DNA of 36,162 bases, taken from positions 1-36,162 of the IMG/VR virus record IMGVR_UViG_2788500025_000001, one strand, 5' to 3'. Both the position numbers and the translations under genes were made by a program. Of this stretch, positions 1 through 8,385 are shown piece by piece. Every line of letters starts with the position of its first letter. Within the stretch, counting starts at the first letter, position 1. Source of the stretch: a virus. The notes beneath the pieces were generated by a model that saw nothing but the letters and a program-made list of their open reading frames with translations, had not been told where the DNA came from and did no database searches.

Positions 1-77
1 AACGCTTCAAGGCTATCCCGGCCCTGGCTGTGCTCATGGCCTACCGTGAGCGAGTCGCAGACGCCCCCGAGTGCTGA
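1..77 (+). CDS. 3' end of a hypothetical protein (truncated by window start)
   Basis: Open frame from position 3 (RFKAIPALAVLMAYRERVADAPEC*) with GC3-biased codons, followed by a strong terminator hairpin. Confidence 0.55.
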   Translation, partial: RFKAIPALAVLMAYRERVADAPEC

Positions 78-97
78 TCTCAACAAACCCTTCAACC

Positions 98-143
98 CGA
101 AAACGGCCCCCACCTTGCCTTATGGCGGTGGGGGCCGTTTTCG
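98..143. terminator. Rho-independent terminator, possibly bidirectional
   Basis: Inverted repeat CGAAAACGGCCCCCACC ... GGTGGGGGCCGTTTTCG with A-tract before and T-tract after the GC stem. Confidence 0.85.
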
Positions 144-258
144 TCGTTGTGGTGCCCGTTAAAAGTGCCTCCTGCTTCCGTAAAGAGGCACAGGGCAGCA
201 CCGCCCATCAACTCTCTGCCCCGTTGGGGGCCTGGCCCACTGAGGCCCAAAGGAACCT

Positions 259-687
259 ATCTCTACTGACAAAGACCTCATCGTCCTCCCCACCGTCCCC
301 ACCAAGGAAGAACGCCAGGCGGCGATCATCCGCACCCTCCGGGTGCAGCGCCACCTTGACTGGCTCGCCGCCGGGATCACCCACGCTGCTCAAGGCACCA
401 GCCTGAGCCACATGGTCAGCCTCCGTCGAGGTTGGGCGTCGGCCATGGACCAGGCCGTCGTGGCACTGGACCATGGTGGCCGCAACGCGGCTCTCATCTA
501 CCGACCCCAAGGAGGAGGTGAGACCCGCATCCAGGCGTGGGGTGAGGATCAAGCCTCGGCCCTGGCTGCCCTGGCCCATGACCTCATCGACTATCACCCC
601 TACATCTGGGAACTCCACTCTGTGGAGGCCGTCCACGCCAAGTGGGTCAAGGACGGCTCGCTGCTACAGCACCCACCGCGCCCCTGA
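259..687 (+). CDS. Hypothetical protein (ORF track starts at GTG 343; coding-like frame extends to an ATC at 259 behind an AAGGA RBS)
   Basis: Open frame 244-687 with typical codon usage; bounded by terminators on both sides. Confidence 0.6.
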   Translation: MSTDKDLIVLPTVPTKEERQAAIIRTLRVQRHLDWLAAGITHAAQGTSLSHMVSLRRGWASAMDQAVVALDHGGRNAALIYRPQGGGETRIQAWGEDQASALAALAHDLIDYHPYIWELHSVEAVHAKWVKDGSLLQHPPRP

Positions 688-699
688 TCTTCACCGTCC

Positions 700-736
700 A
701 CCGCCCGACCCCCAGTCCTGGGGGTCGGGCGGTTTC
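700..736 (+). terminator. Rho-independent terminator
   Basis: ACCGCCCGACCCCCA-gtcc-TGGGGGTCGGGCGGT hairpin followed by TT, just after the stop at 687. Confidence 0.85.
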
Positions 737-1150
737 GTGCGTCTCGGCTACCCCTCCACGGTGGCCCTCCAGGACGCGCCTCTCCCCTCGCCGAGAAATG
801 TCAGAACCGACGACATAAATCAAGGGGGGTCCCCGGCCCGTCATGACGGGCGCATTGAAACCGCGTCCAAAATCAGATTGCTGATCCCAACCCCCCTTGC
901 CATCCCCTTTCCCTGCGGGAATCGAACCGGCGAGTAGGCCCACAAGCCGAAGCCCGCAAGTAGGCTCTCTCACAGAGGGGGGCCTCTCTCACACGGGATC
1001 ATGGGATCACGAGATCACTGACTCCCCGGCTGCGAAATAGTTTCGCGGCTGGTTTTCAGAACAGAAATCTCAACCCCCTCTCGGTGAGGGGGCAGGACCA
1101 GGGGTGCGGACCCGTACAACAGATCATGACCCCCAACGTGAGACTGAGCC

Positions 1151-1804
1151 ATGCCCAGTGACGCCATTGACCTTCTGTTCGACTGGCAGGACGAGGAGGC
1201 AGAGGGGAATCCCGACGATCCGAGGGGCGACGATAGGGTTGGAGGATCGCGTGGGCCATTCGGTGCTCGGCTGGAGTACCATCCCTTGTATAAGAAACGG
1301 AAACAATGGCCTCCTCGACAGGTGCTTCCTTCCGAACTCGCTTGTGGCAGCACTCGGACATGCAGAGAGTGTCGGGACACCTACCCTGAAACCAACGAGT
1401 TCTTCTACATCCGACTGAGCGGCAAGCAGAAAGGAGCGGTGGACCCATACTGTTGGGGGTGCCGACGAAGCAGAGTACGGTCCAAGAAGAAGGCAAACGA
1501 ACACAGGCATTCCTTTGCTTCCCGGCTGCGTCTGATCCGTGGTGCATCGAAAAGGCGGGGAATCGAGTGGGGCTTCGATGACCGTGAAGACCTCCGTGAT
1601 CTCTACGACACCCCCTGCCACTACTGCGGCGGCGAGGTCATTCACCGTCTGGGGATCGACCGACTGGACAGTGACAGGGGGTATGTCCCCGGCAACGTGG
1701 TCCAGTGTTGTGGGATCTGCAACAGCATGAAAGCCACCCACTCCGTAGACGAGTGGGTGGCCCACATGGAACGGGTGCTCAATCACCTGCGCGGGACTTC
1801 TTGA
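1151..1804 (+). CDS. HNH endonuclease with N-terminal Cys zinc-finger
   Basis: CREC...CWGC pair, then CHYCG...GIDRLDSDRGYVPGNVVQCCGICNSMK, a typical phage HNH core. Confidence 0.85.
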   Translation: MPSDAIDLLFDWQDEEAEGNPDDPRGDDRVGGSRGPFGARLEYHPLYKKRKQWPPRQVLPSELACGSTRTCRECRDTYPETNEFFYIRLSGKQKGAVDPYCWGCRRSRVRSKKKANEHRHSFASRLRLIRGASKRRGIEWGFDDREDLRDLYDTPCHYCGGEVIHRLGIDRLDSDRGYVPGNVVQCCGICNSMKATHSVDEWVAHMERVLNHLRGTS

Positions 1805-2027
1805 AGCCCAGCCAGAAGCCCAGCGCGACCATCAGGTGCAGACCGATGCTCGCCAGGGACGCGACGTCCGCGTGGTAGTCGGTCAGGTGCAGGTGTACCT
1901 GGCCTACGACCCAGAACGGGATCGCAAACTGCTCGCTGTACCAGATCAGGCTGTACTCAACGAAGTCCTTGAGGGCCTGCCTGGGATGGGGCTCTGGTCC
2001 TGCGGCGGCTTTGGGGTCATCCGTCAT
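1779..2027 (-). CDS. Small membrane protein (two hydrophobic segments, holin-like size)
   Basis: Hydrophobic FAIPFWVVG and LASIGLHLMVALGFWLGF with basic C-terminus; variant of the late motif upstream at 2043-2057. Confidence 0.55.
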   Translation of the reverse strand: MTDDPKAAAGPEPHPRQALKDFVEYSLIWYSEQFAIPFWVVGQVHLHLTDYHADVASLASIGLHLMVALGFWLGFKKSRAGD

Positions 2028-2042
2028 GCCCCTGGCATCTCT

Positions 2043-2057
2043 ATAGAAATCTCACCG
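2043..2057 (-). promoter_or_regulatory. Putative late-promoter motif, variant (CGGTGA-GATTT-CTAT)
   Basis: Variant of the CGNTAG-N5-CNAT motif, 15 nt upstream of the ATG at 2027. Confidence 0.45.
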
Positions 2058-2060
2058 CCG

Positions 2061-2091
2061 AGGGGGCGTTGATCCCCCGTTGATCTCGGTA
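2061..2091 (+). promoter_or_regulatory. Putative second-class (middle) promoter AGGGGG(C)GTTGATCC-N12-GGTA
   Basis: Same bipartite motif and 12-nt spacing as 28957-28986 and 30321-30350. Confidence 0.55.
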
Positions 2092-2100
2092 GTAGGACCC

Positions 2101-2580
2101 ATGACGAATGACCCGCCACGCTTGACTGTTGAACTTGTCCCGAGGGGCCAGTGGGGTGCGAACCTTCGCTCGGAGTTGTCCCGCAAGGAGTGGGACCGCC
2201 TGCGAAGGGCTTCCTACAAGGCTGCCGATTACCGCTGCGAGATCTGCGGTGGGGTCGGGCGTCGGCATCCTGTCGAGTGCCATGAACGCTGGGACTACAA
2301 CGAGGCTACGAAGACCCAGACCCTCGTGGGCTTGATCTCCCTGTGCCCTGCTTGCCATCAGGTCAAGCACATCGGGCGTTCGTTCGCCATCGGGAAGGGA
2401 CCCCAGGCGATGGCTCACCTGATGAAGGTCAACGGCTGGAGCGAGGACGAGGCCACCCTCTACGTCGAGGGTGCGTTTGAGGTCTGGCATCGCAGGAGCA
2501 ACGAGGATTGGACCCTGGACATCTCCTGGGCCTACGCCCAGAGCGTGCCGGTCCCTACGCCGGGCCTGGAGGACTTGTAG
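2101..2580 (+). CDS. HNH endonuclease family protein
   Basis: YRCEICGG...VECHERWDY...LISLCPACHQVKH; AGGA RBS before ATG 2101. Confidence 0.85.
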   Translation: MTNDPPRLTVELVPRGQWGANLRSELSRKEWDRLRRASYKAADYRCEICGGVGRRHPVECHERWDYNEATKTQTLVGLISLCPACHQVKHIGRSFAIGKGPQAMAHLMKVNGWSEDEATLYVEGAFEVWHRRSNEDWTLDISWAYAQSVPVPTPGLEDL

Positions 2581-2626
2581 GATGCTGTTGGGAAGCACAC
2601 AGAGAGAACGGACGTCGTCCTTGAGG

Positions 2627-3229
2627 ATGCTCATTCCCCTTTGGATGTGGGGGGACCTCGGACCAGATCGGTTCCGCTACGAGCGCAAGGGTGGCTTCAA
2701 GATCGTGCTGAACAACTTTCGCAACGGGGGTTTCGCCCGCAAGTGGACCCTCCGGGTCGTCCATGAGCCGACGAACAGCATGTGCGGTGCGGAGTGCTCC
2801 TTTGATCCCGACCTCCTGGACTGGGGTGGAAGCGAGGACGACCTCGTCCAGGCCGTCAAGGACACAGTGATTCACCTGTGTCAGACGGTCGCTCCCCGCA
2901 TGTACCACCTGGACCCGCGCATTGGGACCCCATTCAGCGGCGTCAACGGCGAGCCGATGGGCCTGTCCCCCCTGTTCGACCGTCCAGACGGAGCCGGGCA
3001 GACGCAAGAGGGCGTGATGCGAACGATCCTGCCTCGCATGGGCCAGGATGGGGTGCTCCGTGAAGCCAGGATTGGAGGCATCCCCGCCAGGTGCCCCTTC
3101 TGCCAGGAAAGCCTCCACAGCCCCCTCTCGGGGAAGCCTGTGGTGTGGGCTGGTGGGTCTCTCTGCTGGGTCCACGCAGACTGCCTTCGGGACAGCGGCA
3201 TCGTCGGACGACGTCCCTACGATGCCTAA
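2627..3229 (+). CDS. Hypothetical protein with C-terminal CxxC...HxxC zinc-binding motif
   Basis: ATG 2627 in the 2471 frame; CPFC...WVHADC; stop overlaps the next start. Confidence 0.65.
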   Translation: MLIPLWMWGDLGPDRFRYERKGGFKIVLNNFRNGGFARKWTLRVVHEPTNSMCGAECSFDPDLLDWGGSEDDLVQAVKDTVIHLCQTVAPRMYHLDPRIGTPFSGVNGEPMGLSPLFDRPDGAGQTQEGVMRTILPRMGQDGVLREARIGGIPARCPFCQESLHSPLSGKPVVWAGGSLCWVHADCLRDSGIVGRRPYDA

Positions 3230-3431
3230 GAGGATCACGGAGGTCCAGATGCGCGTGCTGCGTGCGATGGACCCGAACGACCCCGCGTATGACCCCGACC
3301 ACCGACCCCGTGGTTCGCTGGAGCGTCTGGCGAAGAAAGGGCTGGTCACCGGGGGCCGAAAAGAGGGTTGGAAGTTGACGTTTACCGGGCGAGAGGCCGT
3401 CCGTCGCCGCAGCACGGAGGTGCCAGAATGA
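3222..3431 (+). CDS. Small basic winged-helix-like protein
   Basis: MPKRITEVQMRVLRAM...LERLAKKGLV...WKLTFTGREAV resembles a wHTH recognition helix and wing. Confidence 0.6.
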   Translation: MPKRITEVQMRVLRAMDPNDPAYDPDHRPRGSLERLAKKGLVTGGRKEGWKLTFTGREAVRRRSTEVPE

Positions 3432-3514
3432 CCTCATCAACGCAGTTTTCGCAAGGCTGCCCGGTAGGATCACGCTCCGTATCAGTAAGGACCCTCACCA
3501 GAGAGGTTTTTACG

Positions 3515-4861
3515 ATGGCATCCAGCAACACCACGACGTACAAAGGCGACTCACCCGGAAAGGCATTGGTCCGCATCCGCACCTGGGGGGCTATCCGAGC
3601 AACGATGTCTCGGTTGGGCATTCCTTTCCAGGGGGCGATGGTCCTCGCAGGGGAAGGAGGCGACCTCGGTGTCCTCGACGGAATGGGCTTCGACATGTCG
3701 AAGGTCGTCGCAGTAGACCGTGATCCCTTCATGGTCGAGTGGTGTCAGCACCACTACCCGGAAGTGATCCCCGGCACGGGCGAGTTGATGGACATCGCCG
3801 CAAGCGGCATCCTCCCCTACAACGCCGCCCACATCGACCTTTGTGGTGGTATCCGCAAGGCAGACAACATCCTCACTGTGGCTCGTGTGGCTCAAGGCAT
3901 CCACTCACACCCTGCTGTGGTCGCCGTGACCATGATCAAGGGTCGGGAAGGCAAAGCCGAGCAGGGCTTGATGGGGGGTGTCAAACGCGGTGTTCGACGC
4001 CGTCTTCAGTTGCTCGCCCGGAAGAAGGGCGACCCTCTGGCCGAACACGTTTACTCAGGGAAGCCCTTTCAGTCCTGGCAGATGCTGGAGACCCTCCACA
4101 AGCAGATGGGGGAGGTCATCCGGCGCGACCCGGAAGCCCACGCGGGCATCTTGAAGAAGAACGGCAAGCCGACGACCTGGGGCATGGCGATGCAACGAGC
4201 CATCATCCTTCAGCACACCGTCGAGCACCTCTGGGAAGCCTGGAACGAGAGCGGGTGCGGGGTCAAGATGAACCTGCCGCCAGGGGAGCGTCTACACATG
4301 CAGCAGGTGGGCCTCATGGCCTACCACTCAGGGACGAAGAAGGGTGGTGGCACGCCGTTCGTGACCGTGCTCTACCTCATCTACCGGACCTCCCAGAACC
4401 GAGCGGTGGTCGATTGGTTGGTCGATGGAGAACGCCGCATGAACGCGACCGGCCTCTCTGGAGGGAGCCTTCCCTACGGGGAGATCACGGCCAAGGAGGC
4501 CCTGGAGTCCTTCAACCCCACCGTGGCCGCGATGGCACGGGTCCAGGACCACAGCAAAGTGGCCCGGATGTTCGGGATCGATCCGAAGTCGATCCCCGCC
4601 ATCCTCGCCCACGACACCCGAGGCACCTACAAAGGCAAGGCCCTGTGGCAAGCCCGCAAGGTGTTGGTCCCACAAGGGGCCGAGGGATCCTTCGCTACCA
4701 ATGGTTGGGGCGGCCACGTCGCCACCACCGACGAACACAGCGCCGCCCATAAGGCCATGCGGGAACAGGTGGAAGCCTGGCTCGCCGCAGGGGGGACGGT
4801 CGAGACGTTCCCCGGCTTCCGCGAGATTGAACTCGCCACCTCACATTCGGAGTCGAAATGA
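3515..4861 (+). CDS. Hypothetical protein with possible SAM-dependent methyltransferase-like N-terminal fold
   Basis: GAGG RBS before ATG 3515; MVLAGEGGD, VVAVDRD and AAHIDLCG fall in Rossmann MTase motif I/II/IV order; function uncertain. Confidence 0.6.
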   Translation: MASSNTTTYKGDSPGKALVRIRTWGAIRATMSRLGIPFQGAMVLAGEGGDLGVLDGMGFDMSKVVAVDRDPFMVEWCQHHYPEVIPGTGELMDIAASGILPYNAAHIDLCGGIRKADNILTVARVAQGIHSHPAVVAVTMIKGREGKAEQGLMGGVKRGVRRRLQLLARKKGDPLAEHVYSGKPFQSWQMLETLHKQMGEVIRRDPEAHAGILKKNGKPTTWGMAMQRAIILQHTVEHLWEAWNESGCGVKMNLPPGERLHMQQVGLMAYHSGTKKGGGTPFVTVLYLIYRTSQNRAVVDWLVDGERRMNATGLSGGSLPYGEITAKEALESFNPTVAAMARVQDHSKVARMFGIDPKSIPAILAHDTRGTYKGKALWQARKVLVPQGAEGSFATNGWGGHVATTDEHSAAHKAMREQVEAWLAAGGTVETFPGFREIELATSHSESK

Positions 4862-5379
4862 CCACCTCCACCGACACGACAGTGCAAGCCGTCTTCATCT
4901 CTGAGGAGTACACCTTCCTCTGCCACATCGTCCTCCTGGCCGAAGGCACCACCACGGCTCAGATCGAACAGTGGTGGCAGGAGTCGAAGGGGCGCTACAG
5001 CGAACCGCTTCCTGGGGAGGTCCGGCGCGACAGCATCATCTGGAAGCACGACCTGGAACCCGAGACCGGTTGGACCCCCGTGGACGAAACCTGGCCTCAT
5101 CCAGGACAGGTGTTCCACCTCCTCGACCGGGAGGTTCACACCTACGACCCCACTGAGTACAAGATGCCTGAGGATTCAGCCTTCGTTCACACCCACATGG
5201 ACGATGACTCGTTCCTGCGGCTCCCGGACGGCACCTGTCACCCGCACCCGGACTACGACCCGTCCGACGACGACTCGGAGGACGACCAACCCATGCTGTC
5301 CACCATGCTGCTGTGGGGCATGACCTCAGCGAGCAGCCTGCTGCCAACGTACAACAACCGTCGCAAGGAGACACGATGA
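4858..5379 (+). CDS. Hypothetical protein (paralog of 5609-5914)
   Basis: ATGA overlap with upstream gene; shares VFxxEEY, WW and HxHMDxDSxLRxPD with 5609-5914. Confidence 0.75.
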   Translation: MTTSTDTTVQAVFISEEYTFLCHIVLLAEGTTTAQIEQWWQESKGRYSEPLPGEVRRDSIIWKHDLEPETGWTPVDETWPHPGQVFHLLDREVHTYDPTEYKMPEDSAFVHTHMDDDSFLRLPDGTCHPHPDYDPSDDDSEDDQPMLSTMLLWGMTSASSLLPTYNNRRKETR

Positions 5380-5606
5380 CCAACCGAAGCAAGGGCGAAG
5401 AGAACTTCATCGACCAGATGACACGCAAGTTGCTGGTCTTGTGGGCCGACCACCAGGTCCGCTACCCCGAAGGCGGTGCCGTGCCCTCTGACACACCCAT
5501 TCCCTACCAGGACCACGCCTTGAAGAAGGGTTGGCTCACGAAGCGGGAGCCCCACAGGCTCACGGCGAAGGGCTTCCAGGTCGCTGCATCCTTCCTCAAG
5601 AGGTAA
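5376..5606 (+). CDS. Small winged-helix-like hypothetical protein
   Basis: AAGGAG RBS, ATGA overlap; ALKKGWL...RLTAKGFQVA wing-like motif. Confidence 0.65.
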   Translation: MTNRSKGEENFIDQMTRKLLVLWADHQVRYPEGGAVPSDTPIPYQDHALKKGWLTKREPHRLTAKGFQVAASFLKR

Positions 5607-5608
5607 TC

Positions 5609-5914
5609 ATGGCCGTCACAGTTTTTCTGGTCGAGGAGTACGGCTACCGCACCTGGATCTGGCGCACGGGCATGACCCCGACGCGGCTGATCGCCTGGTG
5701 GAAGGCCCTGCCGACTGTCTCACCCTTCTTCTTCAACCCCAGCAAGAGCGGACTGCCTGGCGACCTGATGCAGGCGGGAGAGATCGACCATGAGCCAGGC
5801 TGGTGGAGCGCACACCTCCACATGGACGAGGACTCCTGGCTCCGCACCCCCGACGACATTGAGATCCACCACGAAGGCTACACCGGAGAAAGGCATGAAA
5901 CCCCACCCTCGTGA
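5609..5914 (+). CDS. Hypothetical protein (paralog of 4858-5379)
   Basis: GAGGT RBS before ATG 5609; shared motifs as above. Confidence 0.75.
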   Translation: MAVTVFLVEEYGYRTWIWRTGMTPTRLIAWWKALPTVSPFFFNPSKSGLPGDLMQAGEIDHEPGWWSAHLHMDEDSWLRTPDDIEIHHEGYTGERHETPPS

Positions 5915-6128
5915 GCGGGTCGCCCGCAACTTCATCAAGCGGTACGGCAGAGAGCAGTTTCGCTGGACCATCGAAGCCTTCGGGGAGCCCCGGTCAGGCC
6001 AGGAGGTCGCAAAGCGCCTGGGCGTGTCCCGAGAGCGCGTCCGACAGTGGCGCAACGCCTTCGGCCAGACCATCACCTTCTACCGTCTGCACCCGGAAAC
6101 GAAGCGCATCCTGGACGAGCCGGAATGA
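5895..6128 (+). CDS. Small HTH protein (sigma70 region 4-like HTH)
   Basis: RSGQEVAKRLGVSRERVRQW closely matches the sigma region 4.2 HTH consensus; AAAGG RBS. Confidence 0.8.
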   Translation: MKPHPRERVARNFIKRYGREQFRWTIEAFGEPRSGQEVAKRLGVSRERVRQWRNAFGQTITFYRLHPETKRILDEPE

Positions 6129-6133
6129 GGGGG

Positions 6134-6148
6134 CGGTAGTGCGGCTAT
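6134..6148 (+). promoter_or_regulatory. Putative late-promoter motif CGGTAG-TGCGG-CTAT
   Basis: Identical 15-mer to 7436-7450 (-), both followed by RGGATC. Confidence 0.7.
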
Positions 6149-6182
6149 AGGATCAGAAGGTCAAGACTTCTGGAGTGACCCA

Positions 6183-6500
6183 ATGGCCCGCACCCTTACT
6201 GCCACCGACCGTAGTGCCCTGATTCGCCTTGCTTCGACCCTGGAGAAGGGTTCACCCGAACGCAGGGCGATCCTCGCCGGACTGGAGAAGTCGGCGAGGA
6301 TGCCTTCTATGGTGCTCAACGATCCCGAAGCCTACTTGCGGTGGGCGCGGAAGACCTGGGAATACAACGTCAACAACCCCCGCCTAAAGTTCGATGCTGC
6401 CGTCGAAAAGACGCGCAAGAAGAATCGGCTTCCAGATACTCCCGAAGGGCGTGCCGAGGCGGCATACCACGAGATCATGCTGCTCCAGGGGGGTCGGTGA
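6183..6500 (+). CDS. Type-B-leader protein (putative internal head protein)
   Basis: N-terminus LTATDRSALIRLASTLEKGSPERRAILAGLEKSA is shared with three segments of 20717-23050. Confidence 0.8.
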   Translation: MARTLTATDRSALIRLASTLEKGSPERRAILAGLEKSARMPSMVLNDPEAYLRWARKTWEYNVNNPRLKFDAAVEKTRKKNRLPDTPEGRAEAAYHEIMLLQGGR

Positions 6501-6507
6501 AGCCGAC

Positions 6508-7404
6508 CTACACGAACGAGCGCGGACTCAGTACTCCGCGTCCGACGTAGGGTCCGAAGGCTGACCTGACCCCACGACCGAACCGGGGCTGTGCCAGACC
6601 ACGCATGTAGTGGACCGTCCGGGACTTCGCCTCGGTGAGTTTGTCCCACTGGTCCTCAGCGTTTTGCTTCATGCCTTCGTACTTGCCGGACTTCTCGATG
6701 GAGAGACTGATCCCGCCGATGCTGTAGTCGAACTCGTTGGCGATCCAGTTGTAGACGAGCGCCTGGGCGGCGTTGACCAGAGCACCCCACAGCAACGCGG
6801 CCTTCCAGGAAGGCTTCTGCTGGCAGAGCATCTCGATGTTTTTGATCTCCTCGGTCGAGGGTGGGTGCATGTTCCACTTCCAGAGGGCGATCTCCAGGTA
6901 CTCGGCAAACTCCTCGTCGGTCCAGATGTAGCCGAACACCTGGTTGTAGCAGCCCACCGTGCCTTCGCCTTCGGGAGGCATGAAGCGGTAGTTGCGGTCG
7001 GGGTTGTTGTCCCTGGTCAGGAACCGCATCTTGCGGATCAGGTCCGTCAGACAGTCCGAGTAGGGGTTGGCTTCGGTCTCAACGGCGCTGGAGACGACGC
7101 CGAACTCCTGGACAGCACCTTCTTCGGCACTCGTCGCGGTCTCCCGGAAGCGCCAACGGATGCGGTAGTCCCCCGGAGCCGCACTGGAGGGCACCTGGAG
7201 GCTCGCGTAGTACTCACCCACCGTGGGGTTCACCGGAGTCCTGGTCGCGGACCCAATCAGGACCTCGGCGGTCGTGGTGGGGTCCACATAGTAGACGGCG
7301 TAGGAGATGCTGAAGGCGTTGGTGGGGTTGCCGTCCGCGTTGGACAGGTAGATGTCCAGGTCGCCGCGAGCGAGGGTCTGACCCTGAGTGAATACGACAG
7401 CCAT
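6508..7404 (-). CDS. Putative virion neck/head-tail adaptor protein with N-terminal beta-sandwich domain
   Basis: AAGGAGG RBS; beta-rich N-terminal half; helical C-terminal half with FDYSIGGISLSIEKS hairpin typical of adaptor proteins; late motif upstream. Confidence 0.6.
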   Translation of the reverse strand: MAVVFTQGQTLARGDLDIYLSNADGNPTNAFSISYAVYYVDPTTTAEVLIGSATRTPVNPTVGEYYASLQVPSSAAPGDYRIRWRFRETATSAEEGAVQEFGVVSSAVETEANPYSDCLTDLIRKMRFLTRDNNPDRNYRFMPPEGEGTVGCYNQVFGYIWTDEEFAEYLEIALWKWNMHPPSTEEIKNIEMLCQQKPSWKAALLWGALVNAAQALVYNWIANEFDYSIGGISLSIEKSGKYEGMKQNAEDQWDKLTEAKSRTVHYMRGLAQPRFGRGVRSAFGPYVGRGVLSPRSFV

Positions 7405-7435
7405 GTGCTACCTCCTTGCCTACGAGTGCGATCCC

Positions 7436-7450
7436 ATAGCCGCACTACCG
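7436..7450 (-). promoter_or_regulatory. Putative late-promoter motif CGGTAG-TGCGG-CTAT
   Basis: Reverse complement of ATAGCCGCACTACCG, 31 nt upstream of ATG 7404. Confidence 0.7.
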
Positions 7451-7652
7451 GGTGAGGCTCCATCTCCAGAGGTCGAACACCAGCAGCGCACCGATGACGA
7501 GAGCCAGCAGCGACCAGATGATCCACGTTGGAACCTTGTCGTTCACACCCTACCGCAACCATAGGGTCGTCACCGGCATCCCACTGACCTGTCTATTCCC
7601 CGTGATGGGTGTGGCCGCCGATAGGGGCGACTCCATCGCTTTAGGATTCCCG

Positions 7653-8063
7653 ATGCCGGAAGACCTCTTCTCTCAACTCTTTGACTTCGGTGCCCTCGGA
7701 CTGTTCGCCGGGTTCCTGATCTGGCAACACCTGGGGATGCAGAAGCGGCTGGACAAGATGGTCGAGCGGTTCCAGGAGCAACTCCGAGAAATCGAGGAGA
7801 AGCATGAGGAGCGTGTCGAGATCATGCGGGGCAGGTACGACGTGGTGATCGACAAGGTGCGGGCCGAGGGTCAACAGCAACTACGCGAGTGCCTGGCTAC
7901 ACGGGAGGAACTGATCTCCAAACTCGGGGACCAGATCGAAGGCAACGCGAAGACGATTGGCCAGGCGCTGATCAAGCAGGACGTGGCCCTGGCGAAACTG
8001 GACGAGGGCTTGAACGAGATGAGGCTTCGACGAGAAGTCCGCAGGAGAACCGAGGACCGCTGA
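7653..8063 (+). CDS. Holin-like protein (BhlA/UviB-like: one N-terminal TM helix plus coiled coil)
   Basis: MPEDLFSQLFDFGALGLFAGFLIWQHL followed by a long charged coiled coil; weak late-motif variant at 7582-7596. Confidence 0.55.
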   Translation: MPEDLFSQLFDFGALGLFAGFLIWQHLGMQKRLDKMVERFQEQLREIEEKHEERVEIMRGRYDVVIDKVRAEGQQQLRECLATREELISKLGDQIEGNAKTIGQALIKQDVALAKLDEGLNEMRLRREVRRRTEDR

Positions 8064-8074
8064 CCCCACCGAGC

Positions 8075-8268
8075 CTCCTCAAAAGACTCCTCAAAAGCCT
8101 CCGGCTCCGTGATCCCACGTCCATCTCGGACTCATCTCGGACTCATCTCGGACCCTTGCGGACAGGCAAGAGATCCCATTTCAGCCTCCCACCAGGCAAA
8201 GGCCCTCCGCGAAAACCTCGGTGGGACCTATGTTTTGAACTTTTTTGAACTTTTTTGGTTTTGTTTGT
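8075..8268. repeat. Intergenic cluster of short tandem repeats and phased T-tracts
   Basis: CTCCTCAAAAG(A/C) x2 (8075-8098), CATCTCGGACT x3 (8122-8153, last copy one base short), TTTTGAACTT-type 10-bp-periodic T-tracts (8231-8268). Confidence 0.85.
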
Positions 8269-8345
8269 CCGCCAATCGAGGCTCGAAGCGTCTCGCGCAC
8301 GCGAGGCTTTGGAGGGTCACTGTTGTGTGACCCCATGACCCCAGG

Positions 8346-8360
8346 CGGTATCTCGGCTAT
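8346..8360 (+). promoter_or_regulatory. Putative late-promoter motif CGGTAT-CTCGG-CTAT
   Basis: One mismatch to consensus; 25 nt upstream of the baseplate-like gene. Confidence 0.6.
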
Positions 8361-8385
8361 CCGTGCCCAGGGGTAGAGGTTTCCC

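Noticed and set aside
3739-4752. 337-aa alternative-frame ORF
   Set aside because: R/P/G-rich off-frame product inside the real gene 3515-4861
8122-8153. Tandem repeats as a possible CRISPR array
   Set aside because: 11-bp head-to-tail units with no spacers; no cas genes in the window
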